From: Thermoplasmatota archaeon
GTDB lineage: Archaea > Thermoplasmatota > JAKEGO01
DNA length: 64,000 bases
Direction: 5' to 3'
Assembly: GCA_028279595.1 (NCBI GenBank)
Contig: JANQNK010000020.1
Coordinates: 128,001-192,000 of the forward strand
Shown here one piece after another: positions 18,231-28,535 of this stretch (its first letter is position 1; every line of letters begins with the position of its first letter). A model generated the notes under the pieces. That model made no database searches. It worked only from the letters and a program-made list of their open reading frames with translations, and had not been told where the DNA came from. The position numbers and the translations under genes are program-made.

Positions 18231-19394
18231 ATGAAACTCTGGATGATAGGAGTCCTGATACTGTTGACATTACTCCTCGTAGGGTCGACATCGGCGGTCA
18301 TCCATGTAGACGGCAATGACGGCCAGTCATTGGTCGACAAGATGATCGACGTCGACGGTCAGGGCAACTACACCGAAAGGCAGCGCATTTCTGAGGACAT
18401 CATCTATCGACCCAGCGAGGATCTCGAGCTGACCCTGCTGAGGGGCGGAAGGCTCACCGTTCGTGTCGAGCAGGGCCAATTCGCCTGGGCGACCCTCGAT
18501 ATCAAGGTCGTGGCGAGGATCATGATCGATGGCTCCGAGCTCAAGCTCAAGGGCAGCGTGACCGGAAAGATCGACTCCGACCACGAGGTCGACCTCGAGG
18601 GTGAACTGAAGGTGAAGAGGGACTTCGAGTACAGTCCCAGTGAGAAGCTGAGGGCCACCCTCCAGAAGGGCGGCGCTGTCACTGTCAAGGTCGAGCAAAG
18701 CAAGTTCACCGAAGCGACACTGAACCTTCGCATCCTCTCGGAGATCAAGATCAAGGGACAGTGGCTGAAACTTAAAGGGACCGTTTCCGGCAAGATCAAC
18801 GCCGCCTTCGAGGTAAGCTTCACCGGCGAGCTCGACGTCCAGGAGGACTTCACATACAGGCCAACCGAGTCGGTCAAGGTGACCCTCGTGAAGGGAGGCA
18901 AGGTCACGGCCAAGGTCGAGAAGAGCAAGTTCAAGGAGGCAACCCTCGATCTTACGATCCTCGCAGAGATCACCATCAAGGGGGAACAGTTGAAGCTGAA
19001 GGGGACGATCGACGGCAAGATCGATGGATCCTTCAATGTCGACATGACTGGAGGGTTGAGGGTCGAGGAGGACTTCGTGTACCACCGGAAGGGCAACGTC
19101 AAGGTGACGTTCCTGAGGGGTGGCAAGGTCGCCATAGACATCGACAAGAACAAGTTCCAGGAGGCCGACCTCAATCTCACTGTCGCTGTGGACTTCACCA
19201 TCAGGAACTACGTCCTACGTTTGGAAGGGTGCGCCACAGGGCGGATCAACAACAGGTTCAGGGTGGAGAAACTCAAGGGGCGCTTGACAGGTGTGAGCAT
19301 CGGACGGACGGGCTCCCAGACACCACTGTGGTCGTGGACGGTCTCGTCCAAATGGAACTATAAGACCAAACGATTGACCCTGACCGCCCCCTAG
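18231..19394 (+). CDS. Secreted protein with four exact-period 75-aa beta-strand repeats, unknown function
   Basis: Signal peptide; repeat starts at 18396, 18621, 18846 and 19071 (225-nt period). Confidence 0.85.
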   Translation: MKLWMIGVLILLTLLLVGSTSAVIHVDGNDGQSLVDKMIDVDGQGNYTERQRISEDIIYRPSEDLELTLLRGGRLTVRVEQGQFAWATLDIKVVARIMIDGSELKLKGSVTGKIDSDHEVDLEGELKVKRDFEYSPSEKLRATLQKGGAVTVKVEQSKFTEATLNLRILSEIKIKGQWLKLKGTVSGKINAAFEVSFTGELDVQEDFTYRPTESVKVTLVKGGKVTAKVEKSKFKEATLDLTILAEITIKGEQLKLKGTIDGKIDGSFNVDMTGGLRVEEDFVYHRKGNVKVTFLRGGKVAIDIDKNKFQEADLNLTVAVDFTIRNYVLRLEGCATGRINNRFRVEKLKGRLTGVSIGRTGSQTPLWSWTVSSKWNYKTKRLTLTAP

Positions 19395-19423
19395 GTAAAA
19401 AAGAATCCGTGGACCACCCTCAC

Positions 19424-19466
19424 GGTTAAATAATCACATTTCGATTCCTCTTCCGGAGGATCTGAC
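19424..19466 (+). promoter_or_regulatory. TATA promoter and ribosome site, conserved with 24908-24952
   Basis: GGTTAAATAnnCACATnTnGATTC...GGAGGATC shared by two paralogs. Confidence 0.7.
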
Positions 19467-22160
19467 ATGAGGATGCTGATCGCAGGATTATTGATAGTGC
19501 TAGCACTGGGACTGATAGGTACGACGGCTGCCGACATCTATGTCGACGAGGACAACGCCGGCGATTCGTCGATGGACGGTACCTGGGACCATCCGTACAA
19601 CACCATCCAGAGGGGTATTGACAATGCCACCAGCGGTGAGGACATCTACGTCTGGGGCGGGTCGTACTGGGAGAACGTCATAGTCAACAAGACAGTCAAT
19701 CTGATCGGCAACGGGACGAGCGAGACCCGCGTCAATGCCAGCAATTCGGGTGACGTTTTCTACGTGACGTTCAGGTACGTCAACATCAGCGGGTTCAATA
19801 TCACCGGTAGCGGCTACGGGGTCAACACTGCCGGGATCCAGTTCGACGAGGTCACCAACGGGAACGTCTCCGACTGCTCCTTCATGTGGAACGAGTGGGC
19901 GGTCTTCCTGGATGGGAGTGATCACATCGACATCACCGACTGCTACTTCTCGAACAACACCGAGGGCATCAGGGGATACAACGCCGATTATGCCGACATC
20001 TACGGCTGCGATATCTTCGGCAGCGATTACGAGGGGATCAACTTCGTGAGCAGTTCTGACTACGACACTATCGTCAAGTGCAACGTTTCCTGGAACAATC
20101 GGAACCGGACGGAGGCGGCCGGCGGAATCGATATCGACGGATCGAACTACATCAACATCACACAGAGCTACATCAGTCACAACGCCAAGTACGGGGTCCA
20201 TCTGGTCAACAACGGTTTCAGGAACGACATCTACGACAACGATATCGTGTGGAACTGCGGCGGCGTGGCCGGCGTGTTCGTTGACAATTGTGCATACACG
20301 CTCGTGTCCTCCAACAGGATCGAGAACAGCACCGGTGAGGGTGTGGCAGTCTACGGCAGGTGGGGTGTCACCGTCTGGAACAACACGCTTTGGAACAACA
20401 ATCGGTTGAGTGGAATGACAGGCATCTATGTCTCCGCGTCCCACAACATCCACATATCCGAGAACGTCGTAGCGAGAGGCAACTTCTCGGGGATCTATGT
20501 CCAAGCGACACAGGGAGCGCGGATCCATGACAACATGATATTCAACAACACGGAGCACGGGATCTGGATCACCACCAGCAACGATACCGTGATCGCCTGG
20601 AACGTGATAACCGGGAACCAATTCAACGGCATCCTTCTGACCGGGACCTCGACGAACTCGACGGTCCACAACAACACGATATTGTACAACAACATGAACA
20701 TGGGTGAGTACCTGGGCGGGATCAAGCTCCTGAACGCAGGATGGTTCGACATCGACAACAACACGATATCGAACAATCCCAGGTACGGAATATGGCTCGA
20801 TGAGGTGGCGAACGGGACCGTGAGGGCGAACGAGGTCGTCTTCAACTGCGGGGGCCGAGCAGGCCTCGGCATGCGGAACGTAAGGTTCACCCATGTCCAG
20901 TTCAACAACATCTCCAACAGCACCGGCCATGGGATCGATGCCTCAGGGATCGATTCCTGCGTCATCCACAACAACACCATCGTGGGGAACAACATGAACG
21001 CCCAGGGCGACGGCGGGATCTACGTCTACGACAGCTGGAAGTGCGAGTTCAACGACAACGTGATATTGAACAACACAGGCTATGGCGCCAGGATGAACTA
21101 CGTCTCCAACTGTTCCATGATGGGGAACACTATCAGCGGTCACAACCTTGACGGTCTTTTCATCCAAGCGAACGGTGACAACTGGGTCATCGTGGAGAAC
21201 ACTGTGACATGGAACAATCTGGACGACGTCGGATACAGGGCTGGGATCCGACTTGACTCATCCGGCTGGTGCAAGATCGGCGAGAACATCGTCATGAACA
21301 ACAAGAAGTACGGCATCCGGCTCTTCAACTCCGACAAGAACACGATCGAGTGGAACGACCTCCTGTGGAACTGCGGCGGCGAGGCAGGTCTTGTGGTCCA
21401 TAGCTCGGACAGGAACATGGTCATGTGGAACAACATCTCGAACAGCACAGGGACCGGCATCGATGTATTGCTCTCTCATAACAATACCTTCCACAACAAC
21501 ACGCTCAACGGTAATGCGATGGAGTTCAGCGCAAATTCCGGAGGCATATACCTCTCGTACAGTCATTGGAATACGATCACCGACAACATCGTGCTTGACA
21601 ACCGACTGTCCGGCATGAGTCTCCATTTCAGCGAGAACAACACGATGAGGAGGAACGACATAGGCAGGAACAGCCACGGGTTCTACTCCACTGGGTCAAG
21701 GAACAACACCGTCGTCAACTGCAGCATATGGATGAACAGCGGTTACGGCATCACGACGACAAACGCCTGGCATTCCTGGATCACCCAGAACGAGATATTC
21801 AACAACACCGATCACGGGATCAATATACACAACTCCGAGAAGGGTGTCGTCTTCCTGAACAATCTCTACGGCAACGGTGGAACGTCATCGCAGGGATACG
21901 ACAACACAGGCAACAACACCTGGGACAACGGGACCCACGGCAACTACTGGGACGACTACAACGGGACCGATGGCAACGATGATGGTATCGGCGATACGCC
22001 GTACGGGCTCGATGGCGGCTGGTACAACGACACCAAGCCCCTGACGAACCGGACGGACAACAACGTACCCCGCGAGGTGCCGGAATTCGGTATCCTCATT
22101 ACCGTTGGCATGACCGTAGTCGTGTTCGCAGCCGTGTTCCGGCGCCGGCGCTTGGCCTAA
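19467..22160 (+). CDS. NosD/right-handed beta-helix surface glycoprotein, PEF-CTERM
   Basis: Signal peptide; DIYVD...DGTWDHPYNTIQ cap; PbH1 coils; GNYWDDY...DGIGDTPY cap; VPEF-TM-RRRR. Confidence 0.92.
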   Translation: MRMLIAGLLIVLALGLIGTTAADIYVDEDNAGDSSMDGTWDHPYNTIQRGIDNATSGEDIYVWGGSYWENVIVNKTVNLIGNGTSETRVNASNSGDVFYVTFRYVNISGFNITGSGYGVNTAGIQFDEVTNGNVSDCSFMWNEWAVFLDGSDHIDITDCYFSNNTEGIRGYNADYADIYGCDIFGSDYEGINFVSSSDYDTIVKCNVSWNNRNRTEAAGGIDIDGSNYINITQSYISHNAKYGVHLVNNGFRNDIYDNDIVWNCGGVAGVFVDNCAYTLVSSNRIENSTGEGVAVYGRWGVTVWNNTLWNNNRLSGMTGIYVSASHNIHISENVVARGNFSGIYVQATQGARIHDNMIFNNTEHGIWITTSNDTVIAWNVITGNQFNGILLTGTSTNSTVHNNTILYNNMNMGEYLGGIKLLNAGWFDIDNNTISNNPRYGIWLDEVANGTVRANEVVFNCGGRAGLGMRNVRFTHVQFNNISNSTGHGIDASGIDSCVIHNNTIVGNNMNAQGDGGIYVYDSWKCEFNDNVILNNTGYGARMNYVSNCSMMGNTISGHNLDGLFIQANGDNWVIVENTVTWNNLDDVGYRAGIRLDSSGWCKIGENIVMNNKKYGIRLFNSDKNTIEWNDLLWNCGGEAGLVVHSSDRNMVMWNNISNSTGTGIDVLLSHNNTFHNNTLNGNAMEFSANSGGIYLSYSHWNTITDNIVLDNRLSGMSLHFSENNTMRRNDIGRNSHGFYSTGSRNNTVVNCSIWMNSGYGITTTNAWHSWITQNEIFNNTDHGINIHNSEKGVVFLNNLYGNGGTSSQGYDNTGNNTWDNGTHGNYWDDYNGTDGNDDGIGDTPYGLDGGWYNDTKPLTNRTDNNVPREVPEFGILITVGMTVVVFAAVFRRRRLA

Positions 22161-22249
22161 GTAAACGCATTTACTATGGCAGGCCGCCACGGCGAGCCAT
22201 CCGTCCCATTTTTATATCTCGGAAGCGTTCACCTGGACAAGGTGTTCGA

Positions 22250-24838
22250 ATGCGAGGTATCCCAGTTGTTGTAATGATGGCAGTAGCCTTGATTATCGTC
22301 GTAGGGTCGGCCACAGCCGCTACCCATACCGTTGATGATGATTGGGGCGGAGCGGACTTCTCCACGATTCAGGACGCGGTCAACGGGTCCTCCGACGGGG
22401 ACGTCATACTGGTCTATGCCGGGTACTACGATGAGATCGTGACCGTGGACGTCGAGGTGACCATCCGCGGGAACGGATCCACCGTGACCCAGGTGGACGC
22501 AGCGAACAGGACAGGTTTCAACGTCACTGCGAGGAACGTCTCGATCGAGGACCTCGAGATCGACGACTGCAGCTTCGGGGTGAACTCGACCGCACTTGGC
22601 CTGTCGGTGGAAAGGGTACTCATCAACTCCAACAACGAGGGAGTCCATCTGTGGCTCCACGACAAGGGGAACAACCTGACGGACTCCCAGTCCTTCATTG
22701 TCGGCGACACGATGGTCTCGAACTGCGATATCAGTGCCGTCGGGGACGCGATATATCTCGACGCCCGGTACTGGGGTTACGGTCTTGAGGACAGTGCCAA
22801 TGTCCAGATCGGAGCATTCATCTTCTATGGCAACGAGATCGACGCGGAGGATGGTATATGGCTACGGAACGTTCGTAAGTTCGGATACCGGATGAATTTC
22901 GCGACCAGCTTCGAATGGGACGGGATCCAGATCAACGGCAATGACATAAATGTGACCGATGACGGGGTGAACAGTTCCTACAGGTCCATGGGATACTGGG
23001 GCCGCAACATGGAGGACAACTCATCCTTTACGATGGGGGACCTCGAATTCAGGGACAACTCGATCACCACAATGGGGGATGGGTTCCACGTTCGGGCTTT
23101 CAGGTATGTCGGGAGTTACCTGTATGACGACGCGGTCGTAACGTGCGGCGACATCATCCTGGCAGACAACTTCGTGAACGCCAGCACCAACGAATCGGAC
23201 CATGCGATCAGGATGGATGGATACTACCGTTTCGGCGTTTATCTGTACAATCGATCGTCCGTGACCGGCGGCATGTTCCAGCTGAACGGCAACACCGTGA
23301 ACTGCTCGAGCAACCGCGCGATCCTCATGGACAATCTCCAGTACTTCGGCTACCAGATGTTTCACAGGTCGTCCGTGACCTACGGAGATATCGAGTTCAA
23401 CGACAACGTCGTCTACGCTATCGATCCGTACGGCGATTGGACACGGGCGTTGGTTGTCGACGGGATCGGCGATATCGGCAGCCATTGTTACAACGATACC
23501 TCAGTAACCGTCGGGAACATTTACATCATGAGGAATGTCCTGGAATCGAAGTACGAGGCCCTGGAGATCGACTCCACCAGCCTTTGGGGATGGTATTCAG
23601 AGGGTGTCGATCTCCGGATCGGGAACTTCACCGTCAGCCAGAACATCATCACCTCCCACGAAGGGGACGGGATCGAGCACGGCAACTTCTACGGCCACGC
23701 CCGACAGTGCTCGGGCGGAACCATCGAGATCGGATGGTTCGAGTATTCCAGGAACAACATCACTGCTGCTTCACGCGGGATAGAGATCACCAACCATCGA
23801 TTGCGCGCATATGACTTGGACGGAGGCAGCGATGTCACTCTCGGCGGCATGACCATCAGATGGAACAACATATCGTCGGAAGGTGACGGCATCTTCTTCC
23901 GGGGCAGGAACAGTGGGTCTTTCGGGAACACCCTCACCGGCTATGTGAAGGTCAATATCGGGGCCTACCGGATCATGGACAACAACATCGATTCCGTCGT
24001 CGGCAACGGGGTCAACCTGACGGCCCAGAAGATGGGGTCGAACCTGGCGAACGGATCTTCGGTGGAAATGGGCCCCTTCGTTGTGTCGGGGAACAGCTTC
24101 GTCAACGGTTCGGGCATAGTCATCTACAAGACGATCTACAACGGAAGGAACGTCTCTGCCTTCTCGAACTTCACCTGGCCCGGAGTGTTCGTCACGGACA
24201 ACGTTGCCAACGTGGATGATATGGGCATATGGTTGCTGAACACGGATAACGTCACTGTCACAGGTAACGAAGCCATGAACGGCGGAGCGATCATCATGAT
24301 CTCGAACTCGACGAACGCGACCGTATCCGGGAACATCATGCGTTTCTCCAGCGTCGGTCTCTACATGAACGAATCCAGCTTCTGCATGGTGGAGAACAAT
24401 ACCGCTCGGAACAATTCGTACGGGATCTATCTGGTCGAATCCGATACGAACACGATAATCTACAATGAGGTGTACCACAACTCGAACTACGGATGCAACC
24501 TACTCCTTTGCGACAACAACACCATCCATCACAACAACTTCATCAACAACAATGGGAACACCAGTCAGGGATATGATTCAAGGGACACCAACCAGTGGCA
24601 CAACGGAACCCATGGCAATTACTGGTCCGATTACAACGGAACCGATTCGAACGCGGACGGCATCGGAGACACCTCATACGATCTCGCGGGTCATGTGGAT
24701 GCGGAGGATCCGTATCCATTGATGAACATGACGTCGAACAGCGTTCCGGAACCGATACCCGAGTTCGCGGTCATGACGGTGATGGCCGTTACGTTCGTGA
24801 TGGTCGCCGCCGTGTTCAGGCGCCGGCGGCTCATCTGA
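22250..24838 (+). CDS. Beta-helix surface glycoprotein with about 37-aa coils, PEF-CTERM
   Basis: VDDDWGGADFSTIQ cap; 14 long coils; GNYWSDY cap; IPEF-TM-RRRR. Confidence 0.92.
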   Translation: MRGIPVVVMMAVALIIVVGSATAATHTVDDDWGGADFSTIQDAVNGSSDGDVILVYAGYYDEIVTVDVEVTIRGNGSTVTQVDAANRTGFNVTARNVSIEDLEIDDCSFGVNSTALGLSVERVLINSNNEGVHLWLHDKGNNLTDSQSFIVGDTMVSNCDISAVGDAIYLDARYWGYGLEDSANVQIGAFIFYGNEIDAEDGIWLRNVRKFGYRMNFATSFEWDGIQINGNDINVTDDGVNSSYRSMGYWGRNMEDNSSFTMGDLEFRDNSITTMGDGFHVRAFRYVGSYLYDDAVVTCGDIILADNFVNASTNESDHAIRMDGYYRFGVYLYNRSSVTGGMFQLNGNTVNCSSNRAILMDNLQYFGYQMFHRSSVTYGDIEFNDNVVYAIDPYGDWTRALVVDGIGDIGSHCYNDTSVTVGNIYIMRNVLESKYEALEIDSTSLWGWYSEGVDLRIGNFTVSQNIITSHEGDGIEHGNFYGHARQCSGGTIEIGWFEYSRNNITAASRGIEITNHRLRAYDLDGGSDVTLGGMTIRWNNISSEGDGIFFRGRNSGSFGNTLTGYVKVNIGAYRIMDNNIDSVVGNGVNLTAQKMGSNLANGSSVEMGPFVVSGNSFVNGSGIVIYKTIYNGRNVSAFSNFTWPGVFVTDNVANVDDMGIWLLNTDNVTVTGNEAMNGGAIIMISNSTNATVSGNIMRFSSVGLYMNESSFCMVENNTARNNSYGIYLVESDTNTIIYNEVYHNSNYGCNLLLCDNNTIHHNNFINNNGNTSQGYDSRDTNQWHNGTHGNYWSDYNGTDSNADGIGDTSYDLAGHVDAEDPYPLMNMTSNSVPEPIPEFAVMTVMAVTFVMVAAVFRRRRLI

Positions 24839-24952
24839 GATGATCATAGGTCGATATCACCTGGCGACCGGAGGTCGTGTTCCAGATCCTCACAGCCTTA
24901 CGATTAGGGTTAAATAGCCACATCTGGATTCGCTATCGCAGGAGGATCAAGC

Positions 24953-27900
24953 ATGAGGATGTGGATATTCGGATTAATGATTGTGCTAGCCATGGGTCTT
25001 GCGGGCATATCTGCCGCGGAGGACATCTACGTAGATGACGACAACACGGGAGACCCGTTGATGGACGGTGGACTCGACAATCCATATGACACGATACAGC
25101 GCGGGATCGATAACGGGACCACGGACGACGTGATCCATGTATGGGCTGGGACCTATTACGAGGAGGTCATCGTGAACATGGAGGGCCTGACCCTGATCGG
25201 GAACGGGACCGATGCGACCTACGTCAACGGTAGTTACGGCAACGACACGATATGGGTCCAGGACAACGGATGCTCACTGTCCGGTTTCAATATCAGCGCG
25301 AGCGGGACAGGCAACCACGATGCGGGATTACACTTTTCCAGCGTCGACGGTCTGGACATAGATAATTGTTCCTTCATGTGGAACATGGACGGGGTCTACG
25401 GAGGCGATTCAAACTGGGTCAATTTCACATCCTGCTATTTTGCCAACAACTCGGATTACGGCCTCTTCTCCGGCGGCGACATCTGGTTGAACATCACATG
25501 GAGCACCTTCGAGTGGAACGACCTCAGCGGCGTCTACATCGGGTCCAACACCGACGATGTCGTCATCGGCAACTGCACCTTCGAGAACAACAACCAGGCC
25601 CCCAACGAGTATCAGGGAGGCATCTCGGGTGACTACAATGACAGGGTGATCATCGAGGATTGCTACCTCAGGGACAACCCGAAGTACGGCATCCACATGA
25701 ACTACGCCGACAACTGGACCGTCCGAAACAACGACATCGTCTTCAATTGCGGAGGCGTCGCTGGACTCTCGATATACAGGTCCACCGGCGTGTGGGTGTA
25801 CGGGAACAACATCTCGAACAGCACCGGGGACGGTATCGAGAACTACGATTCCTCCTGGATATGGATACACAACAACACGATCAACGGCAATGTCATGCAG
25901 ACGAGAGATGCCGGGATAATGTGCCGGGGTACGAATGCCCACAATATCACCATCGTTGACAACAAGATCAACTGGAACGATGGTGACGGCATCTACATGC
26001 ACAGTGGACCTGACGACACCCTGGTCGCTCGTAACGACATAAGGAACAACAAGGACAACGGCGTTCAGATCAGCCAGGGGGTCAGGCATTTCGTTATTGA
26101 CAACATCATCGTCCTGAACGGTGAGTTCGGGGTCCAGTACAGCGAGGTATGGTATGGAGCCATCACAGGGAACGAGATCTCTGACAATTTGGGCTATGGT
26201 GTATCTCTCGGTCTCTGCGCGGACAACGACATCGTCGGGAACAACTTCTTCGACAACGTCGGAACGTCATCGCAGGCATACGACGACTCGATGGACAACT
26301 ACTGGGACGACACTTGGGACGAGGGCAATTACTGGTCCGATTACGGAGGAGCCGACGACAACAAGGACGGCATCGGAGATACGAACTACACCATCGATGG
26401 TAACAATTCCGCGGACAACTACCCGCTGATGGAGGTTAACGGTTCCTTCGGATACATGCCGTACATCGTCGATGACGATGCTGGTTCATGGGCTGACTAC
26501 TCGTCGATCCAGGATGCGATCAATGCATCCGAGGACGGACGGACCATCCATGTCTATGCGGGTGATTACTACGGCGACCTGATGGTGAACAAGACGGGGC
26601 TGACACTTGTCGGGAACGGTACCACCGAATCGACGATCGAGGGCGAGTTCGATGGTCCCACGGTGACACTGGCGAACAATTCGATACGTCTGTCCAACCT
26701 CGGGATGAGCATCGGGGACTACAGCGAAGGCGTGGTCGATAACTGGCGTTACTACAGCACCATCGATAATTGTTCGTTCTTCGATTTCTACGGCTACGGA
26801 TATACCGGGGGCGATTGGGCGACGATCGACAACTGCACCTTCGACAACGGGTCCACAGGAATCTATCTCTTCAATGACGATAACAACGCTGTCAAGAATT
26901 GCGTCATGACGAACATTACCGACGAGAGCGTTATGATCTATTACTCGTCCTCCGCTTCTGTCACGATGTGCTCCCTCGACTGGGGTGGGATCGTGATCGG
27001 CGGGAACTCCGCGAACGACTTCGCCACCCACACGATAGAATCGACCACCGTGAACGGAGATCCCGTGGGATATTACAAGAATATCGACAACTCGTCGGTC
27101 GCTACCGGATATTCCCAGGTCATATTGGCGACCTGCCAGGACATGGAGGTCTCGGGCCTCTCGTTCTCCGATGTCGGTACTGGCGTCCAGGTACTCGGCT
27201 CCGATCGGGTCAACGTCACGGATTGTGATTTCGATAATGTCGAAGATGCGGTCTACATCTCCCATTCGGACAATGTCACGGTCGCAGACTCGGTCGCGAC
27301 CAACATCCTTGACCATGGTTTCTCCACACAACAGGGGTCCGACATTACCTTCCGCAACATCACCGCATCCCCCGAGACCTCTGGTTCGACTACCGGTATC
27401 CATCTGAACTGGGGAAGCAGGATCACGGTGGAGGACTGCATGCTCTCCGGATTCAGCCGTGGCAGTTTCTCGTTCATCATCGACAACTCCTCTTTCACGA
27501 ACTGTACCTACTTCGAATGCAGTCAAGGCCAATTCCTTCGCAACTCGGAGAACCTCACTATAGACAAGTGCAACTTCTCCGATTCACAGAGTTACGCAAT
27601 GAGATACGACAACATCCATGGAACGGTCATGAACAGCTCGTTCTCGCGCGGTGATTTCAACAGCGTACGGCTCGAGGACTGCGAGAACATGACGTTCATG
27701 TACAACGAGTTCTTCGACAACGACGGATATGCCTTCTATCTGGACAACAGCGTGAACAACTCGATCCACCACAACAACTTCAGGGACAACAATGGAGCCC
27801 TGGGTCAGGCATTGGACAACGACGGCAACAACACCTGGGACGATGGAGTATCAGAAGGCAATTACTGGTCCGACTGGAATGGGACCGGAACATACGACGT

Positions 27901-28054
27901 GGGCGGTTCGGACAACGCAGTGGACAGATATCCACTGGGAAACCAGACGAACACGAGCGCTCCGGAGAAGATACCCGAGTTCGCGATGGTGACGGTGCTC
28001 TCGTTCACTGTCGTAGTCTTCGCCGCCGTGTTCAGGCGCCGGCGGCTCAGATGA
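24953..28054 (+). CDS. Double NosD-module beta-helix surface glycoprotein, PEF-CTERM
   Basis: Two complete cap-coil-GNYWSD modules; IPEF-TM-RRRR. Confidence 0.92.
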   Translation: MRMWIFGLMIVLAMGLAGISAAEDIYVDDDNTGDPLMDGGLDNPYDTIQRGIDNGTTDDVIHVWAGTYYEEVIVNMEGLTLIGNGTDATYVNGSYGNDTIWVQDNGCSLSGFNISASGTGNHDAGLHFSSVDGLDIDNCSFMWNMDGVYGGDSNWVNFTSCYFANNSDYGLFSGGDIWLNITWSTFEWNDLSGVYIGSNTDDVVIGNCTFENNNQAPNEYQGGISGDYNDRVIIEDCYLRDNPKYGIHMNYADNWTVRNNDIVFNCGGVAGLSIYRSTGVWVYGNNISNSTGDGIENYDSSWIWIHNNTINGNVMQTRDAGIMCRGTNAHNITIVDNKINWNDGDGIYMHSGPDDTLVARNDIRNNKDNGVQISQGVRHFVIDNIIVLNGEFGVQYSEVWYGAITGNEISDNLGYGVSLGLCADNDIVGNNFFDNVGTSSQAYDDSMDNYWDDTWDEGNYWSDYGGADDNKDGIGDTNYTIDGNNSADNYPLMEVNGSFGYMPYIVDDDAGSWADYSSIQDAINASEDGRTIHVYAGDYYGDLMVNKTGLTLVGNGTTESTIEGEFDGPTVTLANNSIRLSNLGMSIGDYSEGVVDNWRYYSTIDNCSFFDFYGYGYTGGDWATIDNCTFDNGSTGIYLFNDDNNAVKNCVMTNITDESVMIYYSSSASVTMCSLDWGGIVIGGNSANDFATHTIESTTVNGDPVGYYKNIDNSSVATGYSQVILATCQDMEVSGLSFSDVGTGVQVLGSDRVNVTDCDFDNVEDAVYISHSDNVTVADSVATNILDHGFSTQQGSDITFRNITASPETSGSTTGIHLNWGSRITVEDCMLSGFSRGSFSFIIDNSSFTNCTYFECSQGQFLRNSENLTIDKCNFSDSQSYAMRYDNIHGTVMNSSFSRGDFNSVRLEDCENMTFMYNEFFDNDGYAFYLDNSVNNSIHHNNFRDNNGALGQALDNDGNNTWDDGVSEGNYWSDWNGTGTYDVGGSDNAVDRYPLGNQTNTSAPEKIPEFAMVTVLSFTVVVFAAVFRRRRLR

Positions 28055-28535
28055 AACGCTGGAACCAGACCTGATCGACGTCCTCGCCGAACTTCCGGCA
28101 GACGCGTTCGAAGCGTCCCACCTCGTGGAAGCCGTTGTTCAGATGGAACCGGAGAGAACCTTCATTGTGAGCGGACGCCATCGCGATCAGGTTGTCCATC
28201 CCAAGCTCCTTAGCCCGGTCGAGTAGAACGTCCAACATGTCCGTTCCCGCACCGTTGCCGCAGTGGTCGGGATGGAGGAAGTAGCCGACCATCCCGGTCC
28301 GGTCCAGGGTGGACAGCGGATAGTATTGCTGGACGAAACCGAAACCGACGACATCCCCCTCATGGACTACGACCATGACCGGATACTTCTCGGCCGTCTT
28401 GAGGAAATGGTCTGTGAAATCCTTTCCCACCGGGACCTCCGGGAATGCGGCGAACGACGTCTCGACGTAGTGGTTGAAGATCCCGAGCACCGCGGGGACA
28501 TCCCCCTCCTCGATCGGACGGAACGCGTAGGTCAT
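28047..28535 (-). CDS. GNAT acetyltransferase (phosphinothricin acetyltransferase/YncA-like)
   Basis: IFNHYVETSFAAF...FLHPDHCGNGAG...NEGSLRFHLNNGF...KFG. Confidence 0.9.
   Translation of the reverse strand: MTYAFRPIEEGDVPAVLGIFNHYVETSFAAFPEVPVGKDFTDHFLKTAEKYPVMVVVHEGDVVGFGFVQQYYPLSTLDRTGMVGYFLHPDHCGNGAGTDMLDVLLDRAKELGMDNLIAMASAHNEGSLRFHLNNGFHEVGRFERVCRKFGEDVDQVWFQRFI

Noticed and set aside
19467-28054. Asn (AAC)-rich paralogs as diversity-generating retroelement targets or templates
   Set aside because: No reverse transcriptase and no near-identical TR/VR pair differing at adenines; the Asn richness reflects beta-helix ladders and sequons.
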